Under the pieces are notes generated by a model. The model worked only from the letters and a program-made list of their open reading frames with translations. It made no database searches and was not told the origin of the DNA. Both the position numbers and the translations under genes were made by a program. This document shows, piece by piece, positions 10,068 through 18,307 of a stretch of DNA of 64,000 nucleotides. Within the stretch, counting starts at the first letter, position 1. Each line of letters opens with the position of its first letter. Source of the stretch: Candidatus Atabeyarchaeum deiterrae. Lineage in GTDB: Archaea; Asgardarchaeota; Atabeyarchaeia; Atabeyarchaeales; Atabeyarchaeaceae. Where the stretch lies: NCBI GenBank assembly GCA_037310415.1, contig CP147780.1, positions 1,152,001 to 1,216,000 on the forward strand, written 5' to 3'.

Positions 10068-10265
10068 GTGGAGTGCAGGGATGAAGGGATAGGCTGGAGG
10101 CGGCGATTGACCTCGTGTTTTTTCTCCCCTAATGGGTTTTTCAGCAGATAGATACTACCTCCCCCATTTCCGCGCGAGGTCCGCTAAAACCTCCAGCAAG
10201 CATGTATGACTTTTCTCCTTTGCTAGGCCATTATCGAATGAGGGGGCAGACTGATCCATTTGCCT
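10068..10265 (+). ncRNA. Candidate structured non-coding RNA of unknown family
   Basis: Nested helices 10093-10100/10190-10197, 10102-10105/10182-10185, 10109-10117/10173-10181 and 10131-10136/10163-10168, with G-U pairs on the + strand; 3' hairpin 10245-10264; promoter ~25 nt upstream. Ends are approximate. Confidence 0.45.
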
Positions 10266-10419
10266 TACGTGTGGGCATGGCTCGTTTTTGCGCATGTATG
10301 TTTCTGGCAGGTTTTTACTTGAGATCATGGTTTAAATAGTAGAACCATGGAGAAATCATTTTATCTCCCGGATGATTACGTTGATAGCTGTGATGGCATC
10401 TCAATCTGGTGGTGATCCC

Positions 10420-10863
10420 ATGGCTTTCAAGAATATTCTAGTCGCCGTAGACGGATCTAGGGAATCGGACAAAGCAATCGAGGTAATAGTCGAGCTTGCA
10501 GCGAAACTGGGCGCGAAGGTAACGTTTCTGCATGTTGTGAACACGCCTGACTTGGGCGATACTTCTCTATTGAGTGAGAAACCTGAGAAAGCTCTTCGCG
10601 ATTCATTAGTGGAAGCGGGAAAGAAGATCTTAGCGAAGGCCTCAGAAACTGCTAAGCGAAAAGGAGTCTCGGCAACCGAGAAGATAAGTTATGGATATCC
10701 GTCGGATACAATTGTGAGAGAAGCTTCCAGTTTGAACGTTGATTTGATCGCTATGGGCTCGAGAGGAAGAACCGGGGTAACGAGAATCGTGCTCGGAAGC
10801 ACTGCAGAGAAGGTCCTGCGATGGTCAAGTGTCCCCGTTCTTATAATGAAGGATCAGACGTAA
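10420..10863 (+). CDS. Universal stress protein (UspA family)
   Basis: ILVAVDGS, DLIAMGSRG, LGSTAEKVLR; ATG 10420 follows GGTGA. Confidence 0.93.
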   Translation: MAFKNILVAVDGSRESDKAIEVIVELAAKLGAKVTFLHVVNTPDLGDTSLLSEKPEKALRDSLVEAGKKILAKASETAKRKGVSATEKISYGYPSDTIVREASSLNVDLIAMGSRGRTGVTRIVLGSTAEKVLRWSSVPVLIMKDQT

Positions 10864-10942
10864 GTCAGAGAGTCATAATTACCAACATAGAAAAGATGCA
10901 AGGGGTATGTGAGCAACAGCAAATTCTTGTAAGGAGTGCGAG

Positions 10943-11644
10943 TTGGAAATGACACCAGCTGACAAGAGTAGTGCAGTGGAAAAAGTTGCTAATGCGGTTG
11001 CCAACCTTGACCTTGAACATGTTAAGAGCATTGTCCAGGAAGCATTGGACGCAGGCATACCGCCTTACGAGATAGCCGCAAAGGGTCTCGGCAAGGGAAT
11101 GGATATTGTTGGAAAAAGGTACGAGAACCATGAATACTTCTTGCCTGAACTTGTTGTAGCAGGCGAAGTTATGTACGCAGGATTGGATGTGGTCAAGCCG
11201 CTCCTGAAAGGAAAGAAGGATGAGAGTAGAGGCGTAATAGTGGCTGGGACAGTTGAGGGGGACATCCACGACATAGGCAAAAACCTCTTTGTCACCCTCG
11301 CCACTGCGGCGGGCTTCGAAGTGTACGACCTAGGAAGCGACGTATCACCAAAGAAATTCGTCGAAAAAGTCAAGGAAGTCAACGCAAACGTCCTAGGTGT
11401 ATCAGCTCTCATAACAACAACGATGGATAAGATGAAAAACGTGATAGATGAACTGGAGAAGATAGGCATCCGAGACAAAGTCAAAGTAATCGTTGGAGGC
11501 GCCCCCCTGACTGAAGGTTTTGCCAAGAAAATAGGGGCAGATGCTTTTGCTCCCGACGCACTCGACGGAGTTAGACTATGCAGACAATGGATCGAACAGA
11601 AGACAAAGTCAAAGGAGAAGGCGGGAGCGTCCAAGAAGAAATAG
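10943..11644 (+). CDS. Methyltransferase cognate corrinoid (B12-binding) protein
   Basis: Cap domain YFLPELVVAG, DxHxxG motif GDIHDIGKN, SAL, VGGAP. Confidence 0.93.
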   Translation: MEMTPADKSSAVEKVANAVANLDLEHVKSIVQEALDAGIPPYEIAAKGLGKGMDIVGKRYENHEYFLPELVVAGEVMYAGLDVVKPLLKGKKDESRGVIVAGTVEGDIHDIGKNLFVTLATAAGFEVYDLGSDVSPKKFVEKVKEVNANVLGVSALITTTMDKMKNVIDELEKIGIRDKVKVIVGGAPLTEGFAKKIGADAFAPDALDGVRLCRQWIEQKTKSKEKAGASKKK

Positions 11645-11675
11645 TTAAAGAGACCATCGCAAGTCTAGTTGGTTT

Positions 11676-12455
11676 GTGATGAAAAACATCCGCCGCACGA
11701 AAATAGTGAGAATTAAGGAAGGCAACCCATCTGTTGTTGACGACGAGGTTATAGTTGACACTTTTCTAAGCGTCTCACTGAACGGGAAGCATATTACCTC
11801 TTTTATCTGCTCTTCAGGATTTGAAGAAGAAGCTGCCATAGGATACCTGTTCTCAACCGGTATCTTGTCTTCATTCAGCCTCGTAAAGAAGACATCCCAC
11901 AAGGGCTACGACGTAGACGTGCAGACAATGGAACCTGTCTCAGTACCTGACTTAAACGCAACCTTGATAACTAGTGCATGTGGTGTACCTGAAGAGTGGC
12001 TGAAACTCAAGAAAGGATTCAAGCTTCCCAAAGTCGAATCCGACCTGAGGGTGAAATCAACAGCGATTCTATCGGCGATGAGACAACTGAACGAATCGAG
12101 CGAGATTTTCAGAAAAACAGGGGGAACTCATGCTGCTGCGCTCTTCAAGCAGGACGCAACACTAATCTTCAGCGTCGAAGACGTCAACAGGCATGTAGCC
12201 ATAGATAAGGTAATAGGCAAAGCATTAATGATGAAAACTGATCTGCTAAACAGCTTCTTAGCAAGCACAGGGAGACTAGCAAGTGACATGGTTGTCAAAG
12301 CCGTGTACGCAAGCATACCAGTAGTCGCATCAATAGCTGCGCCTTTTATCTCGGGAATACAACTGGCTGAAACAACAGGCATAACTCTCATAGGATTCGT
12401 GAGAGGAGAGAGAATGAACGTATACTCTCATCCAGAGAGAATCACACCTGACTGA
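11676..12455 (+). CDS. fdhD: Formate dehydrogenase accessory sulfurtransferase
   Basis: TSACG, FRKTGGTHAAA, EDVNRHVAIDKVIG, TGR, LIGFVR. Confidence 0.92.
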   Translation: MMKNIRRTKIVRIKEGNPSVVDDEVIVDTFLSVSLNGKHITSFICSSGFEEEAAIGYLFSTGILSSFSLVKKTSHKGYDVDVQTMEPVSVPDLNATLITSACGVPEEWLKLKKGFKLPKVESDLRVKSTAILSAMRQLNESSEIFRKTGGTHAAALFKQDATLIFSVEDVNRHVAIDKVIGKALMMKTDLLNSFLASTGRLASDMVVKAVYASIPVVASIAAPFISGIQLAETTGITLIGFVRGERMNVYSHPERITPD

Positions 12456-12487
12456 TTAGAAGACGCTCATGCTGGAGGCGGTTATTT

Positions 12488-13444
12488 CTGAGGGAAGATA
12501 TCCTCCATGAAACCTTTGATGGAACATTCCCGTTCGAACCCCATTTCAAGATGATTAATGGATTCAGGATGCACTATGCAGACGAGGGCAAAGGCGAGCC
12601 GATAGTCTGCCTCCACGGCGAACCAACTTGGGGGTACATATATCGCAAATTCATTCCACCCCTTTCGGAAACCAACCGAGTAATCGTGCCAGATCACATG
12701 GGGTTTGGCAAGAGTGATGTCCCACAAAATAAACCCTACACACTGGCACAGCACATAGACAATCTAACGAAGCTACTTCTCGAACTCGATCTAGAAGACA
12801 TAACGCTCGTAGGGCAGGATTGGGGCGGCCCGATCATGTTCGGGTTCGCTGTGAACTATCCCGATAGAGTGAAGCGACTCGTAATAATGAACACTGGGGT
12901 CGGGGTTTACCCGGAAGGTACAAAAACATGGGTTAGCGACATGATAGAGAAGGGAACATATGAGAAGATATTGGGAAACCTAAAGAAGAGCCTCCCCAGT
13001 TTGCTCGCAAGGGGAGTAAGCAAGGGGACAAAGATCACAGAAACCATGATCAAAGCTTACACAGCACCTTTTCCCAACAGAGCCTCCTGCAAGGGCGCCA
13101 TGGCGTTTCCTCTAGATATTCCAGTTGGGAAGAGCCATCCAAGTGCTGGCCTTATGCACAGCATTGTCGAGAGACTTAACCTCCTACGTGATAAGGATAA
13201 GGTCATAATCTGGGGACTACAAGACCCAGTCATTCACAAAATGATTCTCGAGTGGTGGCGTACTACTTTTCCTGGAAGCGAGGTTCACGAGTTGCCCGAG
13301 GCAAGCCATTTCTTGGAAGAAGATGCGCCAGAAAAGATAGCTAAAATCATACAAAAGTTCCTGTTAAAGCTGGATACCCCTACGAAAAGCCTCCAGCTGA
13401 AGACTGGCAACAAACCAGCAAAACAAAGCAAGAGAAAAAGATGA
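12488..13444 (+). CDS. Haloalkane dehalogenase-family alpha/beta hydrolase
   Basis: HGEPTW, PDHMGFGKSD, GQDWGG (Asp nucleophile), ASHFLEED. Family-like sequence TFDGTFPFEPHF lies upstream of ATG 12551, so a CTG start at 12488 is proposed. Confidence 0.85.
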   Translation: MREDILHETFDGTFPFEPHFKMINGFRMHYADEGKGEPIVCLHGEPTWGYIYRKFIPPLSETNRVIVPDHMGFGKSDVPQNKPYTLAQHIDNLTKLLLELDLEDITLVGQDWGGPIMFGFAVNYPDRVKRLVIMNTGVGVYPEGTKTWVSDMIEKGTYEKILGNLKKSLPSLLARGVSKGTKITETMIKAYTAPFPNRASCKGAMAFPLDIPVGKSHPSAGLMHSIVERLNLLRDKDKVIIWGLQDPVIHKMILEWWRTTFPGSEVHELPEASHFLEEDAPEKIAKIIQKFLLKLDTPTKSLQLKTGNKPAKQSKRKR

Positions 13445-13489
13445 TCCCTAGTATGGATCCTGTCGAGTTGGTAATGTGAGCAGATAGAG

Positions 13490-14305
13490 GTGAGCGGAAA
13501 AATGAACTATAATACCATTACCTTAGAAGAGAAAGACCAGGTAGCAAAGATCACTTTCAATAGACCAGAGAAGCTGAACGCGATCAGCCCAGAAGTCATA
13601 TCGGAAGTCAAAGATGCGCTTGAGAAGATAAGGAAAAGCTCATCGCGGGTTGTCATAATCACTGGCGCCGAGATGGAGGGAAAGAGAAAGATGTTCTCTG
13701 CTGGAGCCGACCTTACGAAGAGCGGGATAGACCCATTCTCGCCAAAGTCTGACACGATACGCGAATCGTCACTCCGAGGGCAGGAGATGTGCAATATTAT
13801 CGCAGAGTTCGAGAAACCAGTCATAGCCATGGTAAACGGTCTCGCCTTGGGGGGCGGATGCGAAACACTCCTAGCATGCGACATAGTCATAGCCTCAGAA
13901 ACCGCAGAGATAGGTCTGCCAGAAATAGGTTTAGGCATCATACCTGGATGGGGAGGAACCCAAAGGCTACCCAGAAAAATCAGTCCATCAAAAGCCAAAC
14001 AAATAATCTTCACGGGTGAGAGGATTTCAGCAACGGAGGCCGAGAAGATCGGACTGGTGGATGTTGTAGCTCCGGCAGATAGACTCGAAGACGCAACCAT
14101 GGAGGTCGCAAAGAAGTTGGCTGCTAAGAGCCCTATAATACTGCGGCTTGCCAAAAGAGCAGTGAACCAAGGGCTTGAGACGAGCTTGAAGAGTGGATTG
14201 AAGATCGAGAATGACGCATTTGTCGAATGCTTCTCCACAGAGGACGTGAAGGAAGGAATGCAAGCATTTTTCGAGAAACGCCAACCCAAATTCAAAGGCG
14301 AATAG
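13490..14305 (+). CDS. Enoyl-CoA hydratase/isomerase
   Basis: FSAGADL, ALGGGCE, GLPEIGLGIIPGWGGTQRL; both catalytic Glu present. Confidence 0.93.
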   Translation: MSGKMNYNTITLEEKDQVAKITFNRPEKLNAISPEVISEVKDALEKIRKSSSRVVIITGAEMEGKRKMFSAGADLTKSGIDPFSPKSDTIRESSLRGQEMCNIIAEFEKPVIAMVNGLALGGGCETLLACDIVIASETAEIGLPEIGLGIIPGWGGTQRLPRKISPSKAKQIIFTGERISATEAEKIGLVDVVAPADRLEDATMEVAKKLAAKSPIILRLAKRAVNQGLETSLKSGLKIENDAFVECFSTEDVKEGMQAFFEKRQPKFKGE

Positions 14306-14405
14306 GGGCTTGTCAGTGATTCTCAGAAAGGTATTTATCTTTTCGGACAATTCAATGAATTTACGTTTTGTCTAATGCTTTGGGGATGGAGGGGCTAACA
14401 GGCAG

Positions 14406-15902
14406 TTGAGCCGGAAAGACTCGGTTCTAAGCAAATCAAGCAATCAGGAACTCTTGGGGCTTGCCGAAATAGCGTCGGGAATTCCGATCGGCGGCAAAAC
14501 TAGCAGGGAGACTCTGATTAAGATAATCAAGTACTCCATGAGTATCGAAGAAATAAAGAAGAGAACCAGAGAAATCGGAACGAGATCGCGACATTCTGCA
14601 AATCTGAGGGGCAGAAAACTTCTAGCAGTCTTCTTTGTATCAGCGATTGTGTATAGTAGCCTCTTTATTGGTGCAACTCTGATTTTCAGCGATCTGAGTC
14701 TGAAATATGCAGTAGTGACACCAGCTGAAGAGGAGTGGAGCATTGCATTCGGAAGGACCTACGTATTCTCGGCAGTCACTGCACAGCAGGCTCATGACGG
14801 TGGATTCGTCGTAACCGGAACCGTGAGGAATGAGGAAGGATCAACTGATGCTTTTCTTTTAAGGTTGAATTCGATCGGCGCTGTCCAGTTGAACAAGACA
14901 TATGGAGGACACGATTTCGTCGGCGGATCATTCGCCAAGGAGACATCTGACGGCGGTTATCTCGTAGGAGGTTACACAAATTCCCTCTATGGCAATTGCA
15001 GTCGTGCCTGGCTTGTGAAGACAGACTCAGGAGGGAACATCCGTTGGAATGTGACACTTGGCACAGGAGAAGAATACTATACCAAGTACGCCACTGAGAC
15101 GTCTGACGGCGGGTACGTCGCGATAGGATATGGGTTCGCGTATGGAACAGGAGACATTAGCAATCGCAGTCGCGTCTGGTTTGCCGAGATAAATGCAACT
15201 GGAGAATACCAGTGGGGTCGCTCTTATAGAGTAACCTATGGGGTGCATTCCGCAATGCAGACGTCGGATGGGGGATACATAATCGTCGGAACGGAAATGG
15301 ACGGTCCCTGTCTTCTAAAAATAGATACTGGTGGCAACGTCGAACTCAACATGATATACGCCAACGTCGGATACGAGATATACTCGGTTCATCAAACTTA
15401 TGATGGAGGATACGTCCTTGCAGGAGCCACATTGTCCCAGGCTTGGATTGTCAAAACGGATCCACATGGAAACATTCAATGGGGCAAAACATATGGGGCG
15501 AGTGGAACTGCGCGGGCTCTCTCTGCACTACAAACATTTGATGGAGGATACATCATGGCTGGACACATACACTCGCAGGGTGATGCCGGGAATAGCGCGT
15601 TGCTTATCAAGATGGATCCAGATGGAAACATTCAGTGGAGCAAGACGTATGGGGGAAGTGGAACTGCGTGGGCTTCCTCTGTTCTGCAGATTTCCACCAA
15701 TAGATACGTCGTGGCGGGCGGAGCGGAATCGTCCGATGGAAACACCACTGTATGGATCGCCGAGCTAGCAGTACAGTCACAACCAGTCGGCGCGGCCATG
15801 TTCCTCGTCGTATTTGGTTGCATAACTACACTGTTTGCCAGCTCTCTTATACTTTTGTGGAGAAGAGCGCACATGAAGCAATTCAAAAGAAAGGCTTATT
15901 GA
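14406..15902 (+). CDS. Double-pass membrane protein: N-terminal HeH/LEM-like helical module, TM, ~7-bladed beta-propeller (QTxDGGY repeats), TM
   Basis: About 7 repeats W..TYG..QTSDGGY..AG..W.VK.D..GN; two hydrophobic helices flanked by basic residues; N-terminus 26/51 identical to that of 25748..27001. Confidence 0.8.
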   Translation: MSRKDSVLSKSSNQELLGLAEIASGIPIGGKTSRETLIKIIKYSMSIEEIKKRTREIGTRSRHSANLRGRKLLAVFFVSAIVYSSLFIGATLIFSDLSLKYAVVTPAEEEWSIAFGRTYVFSAVTAQQAHDGGFVVTGTVRNEEGSTDAFLLRLNSIGAVQLNKTYGGHDFVGGSFAKETSDGGYLVGGYTNSLYGNCSRAWLVKTDSGGNIRWNVTLGTGEEYYTKYATETSDGGYVAIGYGFAYGTGDISNRSRVWFAEINATGEYQWGRSYRVTYGVHSAMQTSDGGYIIVGTEMDGPCLLKIDTGGNVELNMIYANVGYEIYSVHQTYDGGYVLAGATLSQAWIVKTDPHGNIQWGKTYGASGTARALSALQTFDGGYIMAGHIHSQGDAGNSALLIKMDPDGNIQWSKTYGGSGTAWASSVLQISTNRYVVAGGAESSDGNTTVWIAELAVQSQPVGAAMFLVVFGCITTLFASSLILLWRRAHMKQFKRKAY

Positions 15903-15977
15903 AGAGCATTTTCCGATAGGATTTAGTACAGCTGTCTTGTTGAAGTCTTCCTGCAACTTTTTCGATCCAGCAAACGA

Positions 15978-16742
15978 TCAGGATCCGATGAACATCAGAA
16001 TCACATTGTTGAAATGCTCTGGCTTTTCGAGCATATTCACATGCCCCGCATCAGGAATGATTTCGAGCTTCGATCCCTTGATGTTCTCGTGCAGGAAATC
16101 TGCCATTGACTGAGTGATGAGTAAATCGTCGGCCCCCCGAATTATCAACGTTGGAATCTTTATGTTCTTTAGTTTTGCACTGAAGTCTACTCCACTCACT
16201 GCTTCATAATCTTGGGCGCCAACCTTAGGATCAGTCTCCAAGTCCTGCTCAACATGCAACTTCACTACGACAGGATTGGCTTTGACAGTCTTTTTGGAGA
16301 ACGACATCGGGGTAAGTTGCTTGACGGCAAACTCATACTGATTACGGTAGAGATCCAGCGCTACCTGAGGGACAAGAATCTTAGCCGCGCTATCGACTAC
16401 AACCAGCTTTTCCAGGAGTTCTGGGTGCTTTAGGCACAACTGTTGAACTACAAGTCCGCCCATCGAGATGCCCACCAGAGTGGCTTTGTCAAGTCCGATT
16501 ACCTTCATGAAACTGGCAACATGGTCAGCGAAACGCTCAATGGTTTGCCTACCTTCAAGTTGCTCTGACTTCCCGTGTCCAGGCAGATCGAGCACTATCA
16601 CCCTGAGTCTATTCGAAAGTCCGGAAAGCTGATTGTCCCATATGCGACGGTCACTCCCTGCACCATGGACGAAGAGCACCGGTTTGCCTTTTCCTTTTGA
16701 ATCGTAATAGGTTTTCAATCCATCAACGTCTGCGAAGGGCAT
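15978..16742 (-). CDS. Alpha/beta-fold hydrolase
   Basis: HGAG, DLPGHG, GISMGG, GADD, AGH; paralogue of 763..1557. Confidence 0.9.
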   Translation of the reverse strand: MPFADVDGLKTYYDSKGKGKPVLFVHGAGSDRRIWDNQLSGLSNRLRVIVLDLPGHGKSEQLEGRQTIERFADHVASFMKVIGLDKATLVGISMGGLVVQQLCLKHPELLEKLVVVDSAAKILVPQVALDLYRNQYEFAVKQLTPMSFSKKTVKANPVVVKLHVEQDLETDPKVGAQDYEAVSGVDFSAKLKNIKIPTLIIRGADDLLITQSMADFLHENIKGSKLEIIPDAGHVNMLEKPEHFNNVILMFIGS

Positions 16743-16876
16743 TTTCAACTCACATCTCAAATTCAATTGGAATTATCTAGTCAATCACTCTGCTCTTAAT
16801 CCTAACTGTTCTCTGCAATGGTTCCTGTGCTAGATGTCTGCACCAACTCAGCACTATGAGCTAGGAAGCTTGCAGA

Positions 16877-18094
16877 TCATTTGAACAGTTTCTCCACTTT
16901 CTCTTTGAAGGTTGTAGGGCAGTTTTCCTCTCTGTATAGGATTTGAAGAAGTTGCTCGATTTTTCCTGCTTCCTTGGCGCGTTTCCATGCATCGGAAATC
17001 AGTCTCTCACCCTCGTAGTAGGTGAACAGGTATGCCCGTAAGAGCGGATCCAGTACAAAACGCATACCTAGCTCTGATTCCTTTTTCTCGTAAGCCCCTT
17101 CCTCTGTGAAGTACTCCTTGGTTTGCTCTAAATCGAGTCGTTTGTCATAGACCATTAACGCAGTATTGACTCTGACTGCACGCCTGAACTTCATTTCAAG
17201 GTCTTCTATCCTATCTTCAGCCATCGATGGTTCCCCAAGAATGAATTTTCTCGAGGTTTCAGCCAATCCTTCAGACATGGTGCATTCAGGAGTGTTGACG
17301 AGAAGAATTGATGATTCCAATTGCTTCTTGCCTAAGTAGAGTTCCATTTCCTTGAGAACGTGCTCGGTATGGTGCCCTGGATATGATTGATGTGTAACAT
17401 GAAGTGGCAACGATGACGAAGTGACAGGCATCTGAATGTTCAGTTCTACGAGTGATTTGTAGTTCCCTAGATATCTGTTGTCTGAGGTCCACGGTCTGTC
17501 TTTGAGTATGCTTAGCTCGACTCGTTCACCAGCAGGAAGATTGAACGATTTCATAGTTTCGTATCGGGCTTCAGTAAGCAAGTTATAGAACAGGTCAACC
17601 AGTCTCTCTCCTGAGATCAGCCTTTTCTTCTTGGATTCGAGAAGCATCTCAGTCAGATTGCCGTGGTACCCCTTCTTCTTTAGCAGAGTCTCCAGCTGTG
17701 TTCTAAGTTCAGATATCTCCTGCTCTTTCACGTCCTTTGGCTCGATATCGAGAGTGCTGCTCACATACTCGCGGTATGGAGCTGTGACACCCATTTTCTC
17801 TCTTGTTGTTGCCTGCAGCGCTTTTACCTGTTTCAACAGAAAAGTTTTCCTCATCTCGTCTATCTGAGCCGAAACAATCTCTTTCTTGAGCTCTTCGAAA
17901 TCTAGGAAGATTTCACCAAGCGGTCGCGAGTGCTCTTTATCCACTTTTTCAATCAATTCCATTGGACCGTAGTAGGAGTCGACAAGATCATTCACATGTC
18001 TGCCAAGTCTCAGACACGCGATCAGATATTTCGAAGAGAAATCGACCGACAAAGCCCCTTGCACCTTCGGCAAGATCAAGGGGGTGAAGAGCAT
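16877..18094 (-). CDS. DUF885-like zincin-fold protein with HQxxPGHH variant motif
   Basis: HQSYPGHHTEH and SEGLAE resemble the HExxPGHH...EGxA motifs; YLFTYYEG. Start uncertain. Confidence 0.6.
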   Translation of the reverse strand: MLFTPLILPKVQGALSVDFSSKYLIACLRLGRHVNDLVDSYYGPMELIEKVDKEHSRPLGEIFLDFEELKKEIVSAQIDEMRKTFLLKQVKALQATTREKMGVTAPYREYVSSTLDIEPKDVKEQEISELRTQLETLLKKKGYHGNLTEMLLESKKKRLISGERLVDLFYNLLTEARYETMKSFNLPAGERVELSILKDRPWTSDNRYLGNYKSLVELNIQMPVTSSSLPLHVTHQSYPGHHTEHVLKEMELYLGKKQLESSILLVNTPECTMSEGLAETSRKFILGEPSMAEDRIEDLEMKFRRAVRVNTALMVYDKRLDLEQTKEYFTEEGAYEKKESELGMRFVLDPLLRAYLFTYYEGERLISDAWKRAKEAGKIEQLLQILYREENCPTTFKEKVEKLFK

Positions 18095-18307
18095 ACGTCT
18101 CTATATAAGAACTCTTCCCAATGCAATGGCGTTCTTTCCATAATTCGTCGATATAATACCTAGCTTTTCAAATTGTGGTTCAAAGTTGGTCAACGTCTCA
18201 TAATCCTTAATAGTTCAGGGATGAGGATCTTAAACAGTCACTACGACGTATGCTCAAAGTCTGCGATTCTCAGTTCTGTGGGTAAAAGTAGAAAGGAAGT
18301 AAGATTC

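Noticed and set aside
10093-10200. H/ACA guide RNA, SRP RNA or cobalamin riboswitch identity for the hairpin
   Set aside because: No ACA box or K-loop after the stem, no SRP helix-8 motif and no B12-box consensus; left unassigned.
10130-10204. Minus-strand micro-ORF MLAGG...SIC-TGA-KTH as a Cys-Sec selenopeptide
   Set aside because: Only ~24 codons, no recognisable SECIS or homology, and the hairpin's G-U pairs favour the + strand.
11065-14295. Long antisense ORFs (for example 11065..11634 and 13507..14295) and similar shadows elsewhere
   Set aside because: They lie opposite well-supported genes and are Ser/Leu/Phe-rich mirror translations without motifs.
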